From Raphidiopsis brookii D9 (GTDB taxonomy: Bacteria > Cyanobacteriota > Cyanobacteriia > Cyanobacteriales > Nostocaceae): a stretch of DNA of 32,000 bases. This document shows, piece by piece, positions 21,238 through 30,974 of this stretch (position 1 is the stretch's first letter; every line of letters begins with the position of its first letter). The translations under genes were made by a program, and so were the position numbers. The notes beneath the pieces were generated by a model that was not told the DNA's origin, did no database searches, and saw nothing but the letters and a program-made list of their open reading frames with translations. The DNA lies in the NCBI GenBank assembly GCA_000175855.1, contig ACYB01000011.1, positions 30,001-62,000 on the forward strand, written 5' to 3'.

Positions 21238-23241
21238 ATGTCTGTATTTGTTGCTGTTGATCAAATTGACAAAGTCTTTGAACTAAGTAATGGCGGTCAA
21301 TATATTGCCCTCAAAGGTATTGACCTACAAATCAAAAAGGGTGAATTTGTCTCTCTGATTGGCCACTCTGGTTGTGGTAAATCCACACTCCTGAATATGA
21401 TTGCTGGGTTGGATTTACCCACAGAGGGCTTAGTTACCCTGGAAGGACAAAGAATTAAAAAGCCTGGTCCAGATAGAATGGTAGTATTTCAAAACTACTC
21501 TCTATTACCATGGCGAACCGTGAGAGAAAATATTGCCCTAGCAGTAGATTCGGTCCTAAGTGGAATGCCAGCAGGAGAACGTAAATCTGTTGTTCAAAGA
21601 CATATAGATATGGTAGGTTTAGGTCCCCATGCAGACAAACAACCATCGATGTTATCAGGTGGACAAAAACAAAGAGTGGCGATCGCCCGTGCTTTAGCAA
21701 TCCGACCTAAATTGTTACTTTTAGATGAACCTTTTGGCGCATTAGATGCACTAACCAGGGGAAATTTGCAAGAACAATTAATGCAAATTTGTGAAGAGAA
21801 TCAGGTAACTGCGGTAATGGTGACCCATGACGTGGATGAAGCTGTGTTATTATCAGATAGAATCGTCATGTTAACCAACGGACCGGAGTCCAAAATTGGG
21901 GATATTTTAGAAGTAGATATTCCACGTCCTCGTAAACGGATGGAAGTAGTAGAGCATCCCAGTTACTACACCTTACGTAGCGAGATGATTTACTTCCTCA
22001 ACCAACAAAAAAGGATCAAGAAACTGCGGGCCAGAAAAACTCCCAATATTGCCCGTCACGGCTTAGAAAAAGTCAATTTGGAAGTTGGCTTTTTGCCGAT
22101 TACAGCCTGCGCGCCCTTAGCAATAGCCCAAGAAAAGGGCTTGTTTGCCAAACATGGTTTAGAAGAAGTTCATTTAGTCAGAGAAAGTAATTGGCGAGGT
22201 ATTGTTGATGGTATTATTGGCGGTTATTTAGATGCTGCTCAAATGCCATCAGGTATGCCCATGTGGTTATCTTTGGGGGGTAATAAAAGTCAACCTCTAC
22301 CAATTGTCACCTCCTTAACCATGACTCGTAATGGTAATGCTATTACCCTGGCTAAAAGATTTTATGAACAGGGGATATATACTCTCTCTGATTTCAAATC
22401 ATATCTGTTACAAACCCGAGAGCAGATGCACCGCATGGGAGTAGTACATCCAGCATCAATGCACAATTTACTGTTGCGTTATTGGTTAGCAGCAGGGGGA
22501 ATTGATCCAGATGTAGATGTGGAGATGAAAAATATTCCCCCCGCCCAAATGGTGGTAGATTTAAAGGCTAAAACTATTGATGGTTATTGTGTGGGAGAAC
22601 CTTGGAATTATCGTGCTGCTATTGAAGGTTCAGGTTTTACCATAGCCACAGATTTAGAGGTTTGGCTGGGACATCCCGGTAAGGTATTAGGTGTGAGAGA
22701 GGATTGGGCTAATGCTTATCCTAATAGCCATATCGCCTTAACAAAAGCCTTGTTGGAAGCGTGTAAATATTGTGCAGATCATAATAATGCACAAGAGGTA
22801 AGAGCAATATTAGCCAGTCGGGAATATGTGAACACCGATATTGATTTTATTCAGGTTGAAGATCCAATTAGTAATACTTGTGATTTGGATCATCCTATGC
22901 GTGAGTATGCCCACCATCAATTTTATGGTGACTCAGCAATTAATCGTCCTAGCAGGACTGAACAAACTTGGATTATGACCCAGTTGGCCAGATGGGGTGA
23001 AACTCCTTTTCCTCGCAACTGGGTAGAAATTGTGGAAAGAGTTTGTCGTGTGGGTGTATTTAGTACCGCCGCTAGGGAATTGGGTTTGGATATCAGTTAT
23101 ACCCGTCAACCCATTCACTTGTTTGATGGCAAACCTTTTAATGCTGATGATCCTTTTGCCTATCTTAATGGTCTAGAAATTAAACGAGATTTTTCTGTTG
23201 CAGAAGTGATTCTAGACATGAACAGAAAATTTGTAGCCTAG
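21238..23241 (+). CDS. nrtC: Nitrate ABC transporter ATP-binding/substrate-binding fusion NrtC
   Basis: Walker A GHSGCGKST, signature LSGGQKQRVAIARALA, then C-terminal NrtA-like domain (LEVGFLPITACAPLAIAQEKGLF...[21 protein letters not shown]). ATG at 21238; the track start at 21151 overlaps nrtB. Confidence 0.93.
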   Translation: MSVFVAVDQIDKVFELSNGGQYIALKGIDLQIKKGEFVSLIGHSGCGKSTLLNMIAGLDLPTEGLVTLEGQRIKKPGPDRMVVFQNYSLLPWRTVRENIALAVDSVLSGMPAGERKSVVQRHIDMVGLGPHADKQPSMLSGGQKQRVAIARALAIRPKLLLLDEPFGALDALTRGNLQEQLMQICEENQVTAVMVTHDVDEAVLLSDRIVMLTNGPESKIGDILEVDIPRPRKRMEVVEHPSYYTLRSEMIYFLNQQKRIKKLRARKTPNIARHGLEKVNLEVGFLPITACAPLAIAQEKGLFAKHGLEEVHLVRESNWRGIVDGIIGGYLDAAQMPSGMPMWLSLGGNKSQPLPIVTSLTMTRNGNAITLAKRFYEQGIYTLSDFKSYLLQTREQMHRMGVVHPASMHNLLLRYWLAAGGIDPDVDVEMKNIPPAQMVVDLKAKTIDGYCVGEPWNYRAAIEGSGFTIATDLEVWLGHPGKVLGVREDWANAYPNSHIALTKALLEACKYCADHNNAQEVRAILASREYVNTDIDFIQVEDPISNTCDLDHPMREYAHHQFYGDSAINRPSRTEQTWIMTQLARWGETPFPRNWVEIVERVCRVGVFSTAARELGLDISYTRQPIHLFDGKPFNADDPFAYLNGLEIKRDFSVAEVILDMNRKFVA

Positions 23242-23287
23242 ATATTTCTAGATAGTTGTTCAACCATTTACCCCCGGGAAAAATCAG

Positions 23288-24106
23288 ATGACATCCTCTA
23301 CTCAACTTCGTAACCATCAATCCTTCCTCAAAATTGAAAATGTCACTAAAATCTATCCAACTAAAAAAGGACCTTTTACTGTTTTAGACGGAATAAATTT
23401 AGATGTCCAAAAGGGCGAGTTTATTTGTGTGATTGGCCACTCCGGTTGTGGCAAATCTACCTTACTAAATATGGTGTCTGGTTTTAATACTCCTACCACG
23501 GGTCAGGTGTTATTAGAGGGACAACCCATAGTTAAACCCGGTCCCGATCGCATGGTGGTATTCCAGAACTACGCCCTTCTACCTTGGCGGACTGCATTTG
23601 AGAATATTTACTTGGCTGTAAACGCAGTTTATCCAACTAAACCGGAAGCGGAAAAGCGTGCTATTGTCAGAGAGCATTTAACCATGGTCGGATTGTCCGA
23701 TGCTATGGAGAAAAAACCCCCCCAAATGTCTGGAGGTATGAGACAGCGGGTTTCTATTGCACGCGCTTTAGCTATTCGTCCCAAGGTTCTAATTTTAGAT
23801 GAACCCTTTGGCGCTCTGGATGCTATCACTAAGGAAGAATTGCAGGAGGAGTTATTAAAAATCTGGAATGAAAACCGTTGTACTGTGTTAATGATTACCC
23901 ATGACATTGATGAGGCTTTGTTTTTAGCTGATAAGTTGGTCATGATGACTAATGGACCCCATGCTAAAATTGGGGAGGTGATGGAAATTCCTTTTGCACG
24001 ACCACGTGAGCGGACTCTGATTATGGAAGATCCTCAGTATTATCAACTGCGTAACTATGCTTTAGACTTCTTGTTTAATCGCTTTGCTCATGATGATGTT
24101 GGTTAG
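23288..24106 (+). CDS. nrtD: Nitrate ABC transporter ATP-binding protein NrtD
   Basis: Walker A GHSGCGKST, MSGGMRQRVSIARALAIRPKVLILDEPFGALDAITKEELQEELLKIW; 46 nt downstream of nrtC. Confidence 0.92.
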   Translation: MTSSTQLRNHQSFLKIENVTKIYPTKKGPFTVLDGINLDVQKGEFICVIGHSGCGKSTLLNMVSGFNTPTTGQVLLEGQPIVKPGPDRMVVFQNYALLPWRTAFENIYLAVNAVYPTKPEAEKRAIVREHLTMVGLSDAMEKKPPQMSGGMRQRVSIARALAIRPKVLILDEPFGALDAITKEELQEELLKIWNENRCTVLMITHDIDEALFLADKLVMMTNGPHAKIGEVMEIPFARPRERTLIMEDPQYYQLRNYALDFLFNRFAHDDVG

Positions 24107-24183
24107 GATGAGTTTGATAGGGGGAATTAAGCAAATGTTATATTTGATCGTTCCCCGTTCTTTAAATACCCAACCCCTGAACA

Positions 24184-24777
24184 ATGCGCTTGACCTTTTC
24201 TGAGGAAATAAAATCTTTGCTACAGCGTCTGGCACACCAACCTCTAACCCTGGGTGATGTGCTGGAAACAACCTCCCAACGCGGATTCATTCTAGTCATT
24301 GCTTTATTGGTTTTACCATTCTTGTTCCCTATGCCACCCGGACTCACGGGTCCTCTTGGCTCCGCTTGTTTGCTCTTATCATTGCAAATGCTTTTGGGCA
24401 GGCGATCGCCCTGGTTACCAAAAAAAATTGCCAATTATCAATTTCCCCGGGTTTTTGCCCAAACTATTCTCCAGAACCTAAGTAGGGTCACCAGGTTGTT
24501 AGAAAAAATTGCCCGTCCTCGGTTGACAAAATTGGCAAATCATGATATCACTTGGAGGTGTAACGGTTTTTGTATTTCCTGGTTGGCTATTTTACTTATT
24601 TCTCCTGTACCTTTGACTAATCCCATACCCACCATTGGCATTTTACTGTTTGCTGCAGCTAGTATAGAGTCAGATGGCTTACTTATATGTATTTGCTATG
24701 TGTTAACACTATTAATCACCCTAATTTTCTACCTCATTGTCTATGGGGTTTTACAGTTCCCTGGTTTGATTACATGA
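24184..24777 (+). CDS. ExoD-like exopolysaccharide synthesis family membrane protein
   Basis: LGDVLETTSQRGFILVIALLVLPFLFPMPPGLTGPLGSACLLLSLQMLLGRRSPWLPKKI is typical of the ExoD family. Confidence 0.8.
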   Translation: MRLTFSEEIKSLLQRLAHQPLTLGDVLETTSQRGFILVIALLVLPFLFPMPPGLTGPLGSACLLLSLQMLLGRRSPWLPKKIANYQFPRVFAQTILQNLSRVTRLLEKIARPRLTKLANHDITWRCNGFCISWLAILLISPVPLTNPIPTIGILLFAAASIESDGLLICICYVLTLLITLIFYLIVYGVLQFPGLIT

Positions 24778-24827
24778 AGGTTACTGGTGCTATTGACATT
24801 TATTACTTAACGAGTATGAAAATAAAC

Positions 24828-24983
24828 CCCCCAGTTATTAGCTGGGGGTAGTATGTAATCAAAGGTGCATCTACTGGTTTGATTATTCCTAGGTAATAAC
24901 ATCGAATCCGGAAAATTTATTATTCCAGGATTTAAGATATATAACTTGGTTACCTATGGCACTAGTTGCTAAAAGTTAGCAAC
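24828..24983. other. Cluster of three stem-loops in the exoD-like/uppP intergenic region
   Basis: CCCCCAG-ttattag-CTGGGGG (24828-24848); AATCCGGAA...TTCC-a-GGATT (24905-24932); GTTGCTAA-aag-TTAGCAAC (24965-24983). Confidence 0.6.
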
Positions 24984-25066
24984 TGTATAACTAGTTAATT
25001 ACCTTCCTAATGTCCAACCAGTTTACACCTTGTTAGGATAAAAGCTATATTTTAACGGTCTAATTC

Positions 25067-25972
25067 ATGAGTATAATCCTGGAAACAACTAACGAGTTAC
25101 TATTACTACCTCTGATTGCCGCAGCCGAGAACAGCAATCAAATTAATCCTGAGTGGTTCCAGGCGTTTGTTTTAGGGATAGTTCAAGGCATTACCGAATT
25201 TTTACCGATTAGTAGCACAGCTCACCTATTAATTTTTACTAAAGTATTTGGTTGGAAAGAGTTAGGTGCTAAAGACTTTGTTGATGCGATTCAATTTGGC
25301 AGTGTGATAGCAATCTTATTGTATTTTCGGTCATTGATTGCCAGTATTATTCGGGGAGCAGTGGAAGGGTTCCAGGATAAAGACTGGCAAAGAGAAGAGT
25401 GGAAAATTGTAATAGGTATTGCTGTTGGAACCATACCAGCACTGGTTCTTGGTTTTTTCTTAAAGGACATTTTGCCCGAAAGCGCCTTAATTATTGGCAC
25501 AATGTCAGTAGTCATGGCTATTTTACTGGGATTGGCTGAAAAAATTGGCGATCGCAAACGGGGATTTGATCATTTGCAAATTCGAGATGGTATTTTAGTA
25601 GGGATAGGACAATCCCTGGCTTTAATTCCCGGGGTTTCCCGTTCTGGTTCTACATTGACCACAGCCTTGTTTTTAGGACTAGAAAGGGACACAGCGGCAA
25701 AATTTTCATTTTTATTAGGTTTTCCCACCTTGACCATAGCCACCCTATACAAGAGCTTAAAAATATTTCATCTCTTTCAAGAGGGGCAATTACCAGAGAA
25801 CATAGTTTTGTTATTGATTATAGGAATTATCTCGACCTTTATTTTTTCATACCTGTCAATTGCATTTTTAATTCGTTATTTACAAACCAAGGATACTTTT
25901 ATCTTTGTTTGGTATAGACTAGCTTTTGGTGGAACAATTTTGTTGGCACTTGCTAATGGTTGGCAGGGGTGA
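25067..25972 (+). CDS. uppP: Undecaprenyl-diphosphate phosphatase UppP (BacA)
   Basis: LGIVQGITEFLPISSTAHLLI and GIGQSLALIPGVSRSGSTLTTALFLGLERDTAAKFSFLLG. Confidence 0.93.
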   Translation: MSIILETTNELLLLPLIAAAENSNQINPEWFQAFVLGIVQGITEFLPISSTAHLLIFTKVFGWKELGAKDFVDAIQFGSVIAILLYFRSLIASIIRGAVEGFQDKDWQREEWKIVIGIAVGTIPALVLGFFLKDILPESALIIGTMSVVMAILLGLAEKIGDRKRGFDHLQIRDGILVGIGQSLALIPGVSRSGSTLTTALFLGLERDTAAKFSFLLGFPTLTIATLYKSLKIFHLFQEGQLPENIVLLLIIGIISTFIFSYLSIAFLIRYLQTKDTFIFVWYRLAFGGTILLALANGWQG

Positions 25973-26027
25973 TCAAAACTTAGATTATAGATATGCTTGG
26001 ACTAAAATAAAGCTGTTAAAAATTATC

Positions 26028-27350
26028 ATGTCTGACATTAAACCGGCGAAAATTACCAGTGTTATAGGCGAATCCATTGCTGCTGAAGTTGGATTTGAAG
26101 CGGGTGATGCTATTGTGAGTATTAACGGGATTAGACCTCGTGATTTAATAGATTATCAGTTTTTGTGTGCAGATGAAATTTTGGAAATAGAAGTATTAGA
26201 TAAACATGGTAAAATTCATCAAGTTGAAATTGAGAAAGACTATGACCAAGACCTAGGAATAGAATTTGCTACAGCTTTATTTGATAACTTAATTCAATGT
26301 AATAATCACTGTCCCTTTTGTTTTATTGACCAGCAACCACAGGGTAAACGCTCCAGCTTATATTTAAAGGATGATGATTATCGTTTAAGTTTCTTGTATG
26401 GTTCCTATTTAACCCTGACCAATTTACCTGCAAGAGAATGGCAAAGAATTGAGCAAATGAGACTATCACCCTTATATGTTTCAGTTCATGCAACAGAACC
26501 AGAAATAAGAATTAGACTCTTAAAAAATAGTCGAGCTGGAGAGATTCTACAGCAAATTAAATGGTTTCAAGCAAGACGCTTACAAATTCATGCTCAGGTA
26601 GTAGTTTGTCCTGGAATTAATGATGGTTCGCACCTGGAAAGAACACTAAGAGATTTAGCATCCTTTTATGCGGAGAAAGTGCCCACAGTAGCATCAGTAG
26701 CAGTAGTTCCTGTGGGTTTAACCAAATTTCGTCCCCCACAAGATGAGTTGATTCCTGTAACCAGGGAAAAAGCCAGGGAAGTAATAGGTCAGGTAGAAAT
26801 GCTTAGTCGAGAATTTAAGCGGAAATATGATTCTCGGGTAATTTGGTTAGCGGATGAATGGTTTTTAATAGGTGGTGAGGAATTACCAGCACAGGAGGAG
26901 TATGAAGAATATCCACAAATAGATAATGGTGTAGGTTCCATAAGATTATTTATGAAGGAATTTAATCAGGTAGCAAATAAATTACTACCGGCAAAAATTT
27001 ATCCTGAGAAAACATTAACTTGGGTAGTGGGAAATGCGGTAGAGAAAGCATTTACCCCCCTGGTTGATAGGTTAAATAGGGTTGAAGGTTTAAGGGTGAA
27101 TATGGTTGCACTATATAGTGACTATTGGGGACAAGATATCACCGTTACCGGGTTATTAACTGGACATGATTTACTATACCACCTGAAAGGGAAGAATTTA
27201 GGTGATAGTTTATTATTACCCACCATCATGCTCAAACATGGTGAATTAGTATTTTTAGATGATATGACAGTAGCACAGGTGTCTCAGGAATTGAATGTTA
27301 GGATATTACCAGTTGCAGGAGTAGAAGATTTAATGGAGGAAGTTAGCTAG
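26028..27350 (+). CDS. TIGR03279-type radical SAM protein (PDZ-like N-terminus, DUF512)
   Basis: ITSVIGESIAAEVGFEAGDAIVSINGIRPRDLIDYQF and CNNHCPFCFIDQQPQGKRSSLYLKDDDYRLSFLYGSYLTLTNL. ATG 26028 preferred over TTG 25926, which overlaps uppP. Confidence 0.88.
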   Translation: MSDIKPAKITSVIGESIAAEVGFEAGDAIVSINGIRPRDLIDYQFLCADEILEIEVLDKHGKIHQVEIEKDYDQDLGIEFATALFDNLIQCNNHCPFCFIDQQPQGKRSSLYLKDDDYRLSFLYGSYLTLTNLPAREWQRIEQMRLSPLYVSVHATEPEIRIRLLKNSRAGEILQQIKWFQARRLQIHAQVVVCPGINDGSHLERTLRDLASFYAEKVPTVASVAVVPVGLTKFRPPQDELIPVTREKAREVIGQVEMLSREFKRKYDSRVIWLADEWFLIGGEELPAQEEYEEYPQIDNGVGSIRLFMKEFNQVANKLLPAKIYPEKTLTWVVGNAVEKAFTPLVDRLNRVEGLRVNMVALYSDYWGQDITVTGLLTGHDLLYHLKGKNLGDSLLLPTIMLKHGELVFLDDMTVAQVSQELNVRILPVAGVEDLMEEVS

Positions 27351-27404
27351 TTAATCCTTCACTAAATTTTAGCAACTTAAGATTTATAAGAATAAGAAGT
27401 TTAC

Positions 27405-27429
27405 AAAAAAATCCCTGGTTTACCAGGGA
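27405..27429 (-). terminator. Rho-independent terminator of the ArsA-like gene
   Basis: Reverse strand reads TCCCTGG-TAAA-CCAGGGA-TTTTTTT: 7-bp perfect stem plus T7, 18 nt past the stop at 27447. Confidence 0.85.
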
Positions 27430-27446
27430 GTGTCAATGCATACTAA

Positions 27447-28634
27447 CTAAACTCTCACATTGTCAGCAAAGCGAATTTTCAGGTAGTCACCCTCCATTTT
27501 TGCTCCCGCAGGTTGAAGAGCAGCTAAAGCTTGGGGTAAAACTAAATTACGTCGGTGATTACCAATAGTAATATTTAATTCATCTCCACTTTTACTTAAT
27601 TGAATCTGACTTTTAGGAATAGTCGGTAAATAAAGTTCCAAGCTGTACTGGTTGTTTTCTTGCACCACTCTAATGGTGGTCTCTCGATAATAAACCTGGG
27701 TGGGATCTTCACCAGGATACAAAGTATCCTTCAGTCTCTCTAATGCAGCTAGACCACACATCTCCTCGGAAAATAAGGGGACTTCCTTCACCGGTAACGG
27801 GAGAAAGTTGTCATGAATTTCTCGTCGATATTGTTCTTGACTTTGTTTCCATCTTAGGAAAAATGGATCCGCAACCTCCTCTGGAATAATCCTATTGGCC
27901 ACAACTAAATCTGTAGCTACATTATATAAACTCAAGTAAGCATGTGCTCGTAATGATTCTTTAATTACCATTTTTTCTGGATTAGTCACTAGTCTAACTG
28001 AGGTTTGAGTGTTATCAGTTAAAACTTTTTCTAAGGCTTCTATTTGCTCATAAAACTCGTATGGTGCATCCATTACCTCCTTATCTGGTAAGGAAAATCC
28101 CGCTATAGGTTTAAAAATCGGCTCTACTAATGGTCTCAGGGCTACTGATATATTTTGAAAAGGTTTATAAAACCGTCTCATGTACCAACCACCAACCTCT
28201 GGTAAACTTAATAGTCTTAAGGCTGTACCAGTAGGAGCAGAGTCTATAATTAAAACATCAAATACCCCTTCATCGTAGTGACGTTTCATTCTCACCAAAC
28301 CGAAAATTTCATCCATCCCCGGTAAGATTGCCAGCTCTTCTGCTTGGATTCCTTCTAAACCCCTAGCTTGTAACACCTGGGTAATATAACGTTTGACTGC
28401 TCCCCAATTACCCTCTAGTTCTTGCAAAGCATCCAGTTCTGCACCCCATAGGTTGGGACGCACTTGTTTTGCATCGTGACCTAACTCTAAATCAAAACTG
28501 TCCGCTAAGGAATGGGCTGGATCTGTACTTAAAACTAATGTTTTATAACCTAGTTCTGCACAACGCAATCCAGTTGCAGCGGCGACGGAAGTTTTACCTA
28601 CTCCACCTTTACCAGTCATTAAAATTACGCGCAT
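27447..28634 (-). CDS. ArsA/TRC40 (GET3-like) family ATPase with C-terminal HSP20-like domain
   Basis: [47 protein letters not shown]; [19 protein letters not shown]; C-terminal [41 protein letters not shown] resembles the ArsA HSP20-like module. Confidence 0.88.
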   Translation of the reverse strand: MRVILMTGKGGVGKTSVAAATGLRCAELGYKTLVLSTDPAHSLADSFDLELGHDAKQVRPNLWGAELDALQELEGNWGAVKRYITQVLQARGLEGIQAEELAILPGMDEIFGLVRMKRHYDEGVFDVLIIDSAPTGTALRLLSLPEVGGWYMRRFYKPFQNISVALRPLVEPIFKPIAGFSLPDKEVMDAPYEFYEQIEALEKVLTDNTQTSVRLVTNPEKMVIKESLRAHAYLSLYNVATDLVVANRIIPEEVADPFFLRWKQSQEQYRREIHDNFLPLPVKEVPLFSEEMCGLAALERLKDTLYPGEDPTQVYYRETTIRVVQENNQYSLELYLPTIPKSQIQLSKSGDELNITIGNHRRNLVLPQALAALQPAGAKMEGDYLKIRFADNVRV

Positions 28635-28677
28635 GAATGATTCTGTCCTACCTGAATTTTGTTGACATTTACTCACA

Positions 28678-29070
28678 TTATCCTTTGTTTACGGAAAATA
28701 GGTGTTGTTTTAGTACATCTAAACGTGAACAGTGCCAATAATCTATATGGGAACTAATCAATCCTTGATTATTAAGACTTAATTGAGTCCATCCAGATAT
28801 AGAAATTCTCGGTTTCCAAGGTAGGGATGCATTCCAGCTTAATGTCCATTCAGTCTTAATCATATTTTGGTCTTGTTCGATGTGGTGCAAATCCATCCGT
28901 AAGTTAGTGAAAAATATGTGAATAAATTTAATCATCCACTTGTAAAGTTCTAAACCACGAAATTTAAAAACTGGATCTTGAAAGTAAACATCTAGTGCAT
29001 AAATGCTATAAGTCTGGTCAAGGGGAAATCTTTGGTAATCTGCTTTTAGGGTTTCGATAATGTTCGTCAT
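28678..29070 (-). CDS. DUF2358 family protein
   Basis: [31 protein letters not shown]...[53 protein letters not shown]. Confidence 0.8.
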   Translation of the reverse strand: MTNIIETLKADYQRFPLDQTYSIYALDVYFQDPVFKFRGLELYKWMIKFIHIFFTNLRMDLHHIEQDQNMIKTEWTLSWNASLPWKPRISISGWTQLSLNNQGLISSHIDYWHCSRLDVLKQHLFSVNKG

Positions 29071-29096
29071 ACAAATAAAAGTAATAGGTGACCTAA

Positions 29097-29999
29097 CTAC
29101 AAACTCAAATCTGCTTGGGTAATTTCTACATAGATATGTTCTAAACGTAGGGATTGACGGGAAATAGAGTCAATCTCTATACCATCAAATTTAGTCAATA
29201 ATTCTTTTAGTTCTATTGGTTCTGGTAGCAAAAAGGCTAAATCACTCCCATACCGTCGAACAATAAAACCATTTTCCCGACCTACTGATATAGCTGTACT
29301 TTCTTCTTTCGTTTGCATCAAAACAATTTCCTTCCCCGGAACCCGGTTTTTTAATTCTGCTAAACTTCCCTCAGCTAATATCTGACCATTTTTTAAAACC
29401 CCAATCCGACTACAAAGTCTTTCAGCTTCATCTAGTAAGTGAGTAGTTAGCAGTATGGTCATACCTTGATTTTTTAAATTGCGAATTAATTCCCAAATTT
29501 CATATCGAGCTTCAATATCTAGTCCTGTAGTTGGTTCATCAAGAATCAGTAATTGAGGTTGATGTACTAAAGCAACAGCAATGTTTAAACGCCTTTGCAT
29601 GCCACCACTGAGAGTTTCTACAGGACTATCTGCTCTATCTAACAAGTTTACGGATTTCAGGGTGGTCATCACTTGTTTGTGTTTGGTTTTGGAGTCTAAA
29701 CCATAAATCTCAGCAAAAAATCTCAGGTTTTCCGCACAGGAGAGGGTTTTATATAGAATATTTTCCTGGGGAGCAATACCAATAAGTTTTTTTGTAGAAC
29801 CAGAAATTGGCTGATGATTTACTGTGACGTGACCACTATCTGCTTTAAGAAGATTACAAATAATATTAATAGTAGTTGTTTTACCTGCTCCGTTAGCACC
29901 TAGTAAACCATAAACTTCTCCCGGTTGGATGGTAAATGTTAAATTTTGCAGAACTTTGCGGTTTTTGTAGGACTTGTTTAAATTTTTAATTTTAAGCAT
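29097..29999 (-). CDS. ABC-2 type transporter ATP-binding protein
   Basis: GLLGANGAGKTTTINIICNLL, VETLSGGMQRRLNIAVALVHQPQLLILDEPTTGLD. Confidence 0.92.
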   Translation of the reverse strand: MLKIKNLNKSYKNRKVLQNLTFTIQPGEVYGLLGANGAGKTTTINIICNLLKADSGHVTVNHQPISGSTKKLIGIAPQENILYKTLSCAENLRFFAEIYGLDSKTKHKQVMTTLKSVNLLDRADSPVETLSGGMQRRLNIAVALVHQPQLLILDEPTTGLDIEARYEIWELIRNLKNQGMTILLTTHLLDEAERLCSRIGVLKNGQILAEGSLAELKNRVPGKEIVLMQTKEESTAISVGRENGFIVRRYGSDLAFLLPEPIELKELLTKFDGIEIDSISRQSLRLEHIYVEITQADLSL

Positions 30000-30119
30000 T
30001 TTGGTAATTGATATTTTTCAGGAATGGGAGCTGGAACCATGCTCCCCCACTTTTGGCTTTAATTCACCAAAGTCAACTCTTTATATAGAAACAGGATATT
30101 TATTTGTGATTATACTGTT

Positions 30120-30894
30120 TTAAAGTCTTTTTTCTACCATTAACATCCGTCTATAAGATATCCAACCACAAACGAGGGTGAGTGTAGCAAAAAATAAACA
30201 AAAAGCGCAAGTGTAAACTCACATCGCTAAATTTTTCTCCATTAGCGGAAACACCTAAAAGAGCTTCATTCATGTGGTAAATAGGATTATACTTAGCAAT
30301 ATCTAATAGAGTTTTAGGAAATAGGGAACTTGGGAAAAATGTCCCCCCCAAAATTAACAGGGGTACGCCAAAAGTAGCTACCAAAGCATTAACGTCTTCC
30401 GTACGACGAGCTAGTTGTGTACCCAGGACAAATCCCAGACCTACGTATCCAATAATACTCAAGAAAATAATGACTATTCCTAATAATATTGAACCTTGAA
30501 AGGTTGCACCCCAGAACCCAGCAACTATATATACTAGCAGGGTTTGTCCAATTCCTATACAGCTGTGGGCTAAAAAAATTCCCAGAAAATAAGATGTGCC
30601 ACTTAAAGGTGAAATAAATAATCGTTTTAGGGTTTGTTGTTCTCTCTCCGCAACCACTGTTGCAACAGTTCCACCCAAACAACTAAAAAATAGTGCAGCA
30701 CCCACCAAACTCGAAGGTGCAGCTTTTTCTAAGGCCACCTCCATGGCTAATTCTCCCCGTTCTGACAAAACAAAGCCATTAAGTATCAAAATAGAAACTG
30801 GGAAAATAGTCCAAAAAATTAGACTTCGTCTGCGTCGTAGTAGTTCCGTTAAAATGCGCTGAGCTATAGCCAGGGTTTCACGCCAGTATTTCAT
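30120..30894 (-). CDS. ABC-2 type transporter permease with apparent 1-nt frameshift near the C-terminus
   Basis: FWTIFPVSILILNGFV, GTQLARRTEDVNALVATFGVPLLILGGTFFPSSLFPKTLL. Track ORF ends at 30151 (..FIFCYTHPRLWLDIL); the alternative frame gives ..FIFATLTLVCGWISYRRMLMVEKRL with stop at 30120-30122. Confidence 0.85.
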
Positions 30895-30974
30895 ATTAAT
30901 TAATCTCTTGCCAAATTACCCGAGGTCTATGCTACCATGTCCCCCACAATTTTCCAGAACCTTCCACAATTCTA

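Noticed and set aside
18932-24106. Bicarbonate transporter cmpABCD instead of nrtABCD
   Set aside because: The two families share architecture including the C-subunit fusion, but the A-subunit features ([43 protein letters not shown]) fit NrtA better. Substrate not proven by sequence alone.
24162-24434. Minus-strand ORF over the ExoD-like gene, plus other antisense ORFs (e.g. 10783-11013, 11753-12058, 19063-19584, 22933-23118, 23629-23943, 30389-30862)
   Set aside because: All overlap well-supported genes and have low-complexity or non-family translations.
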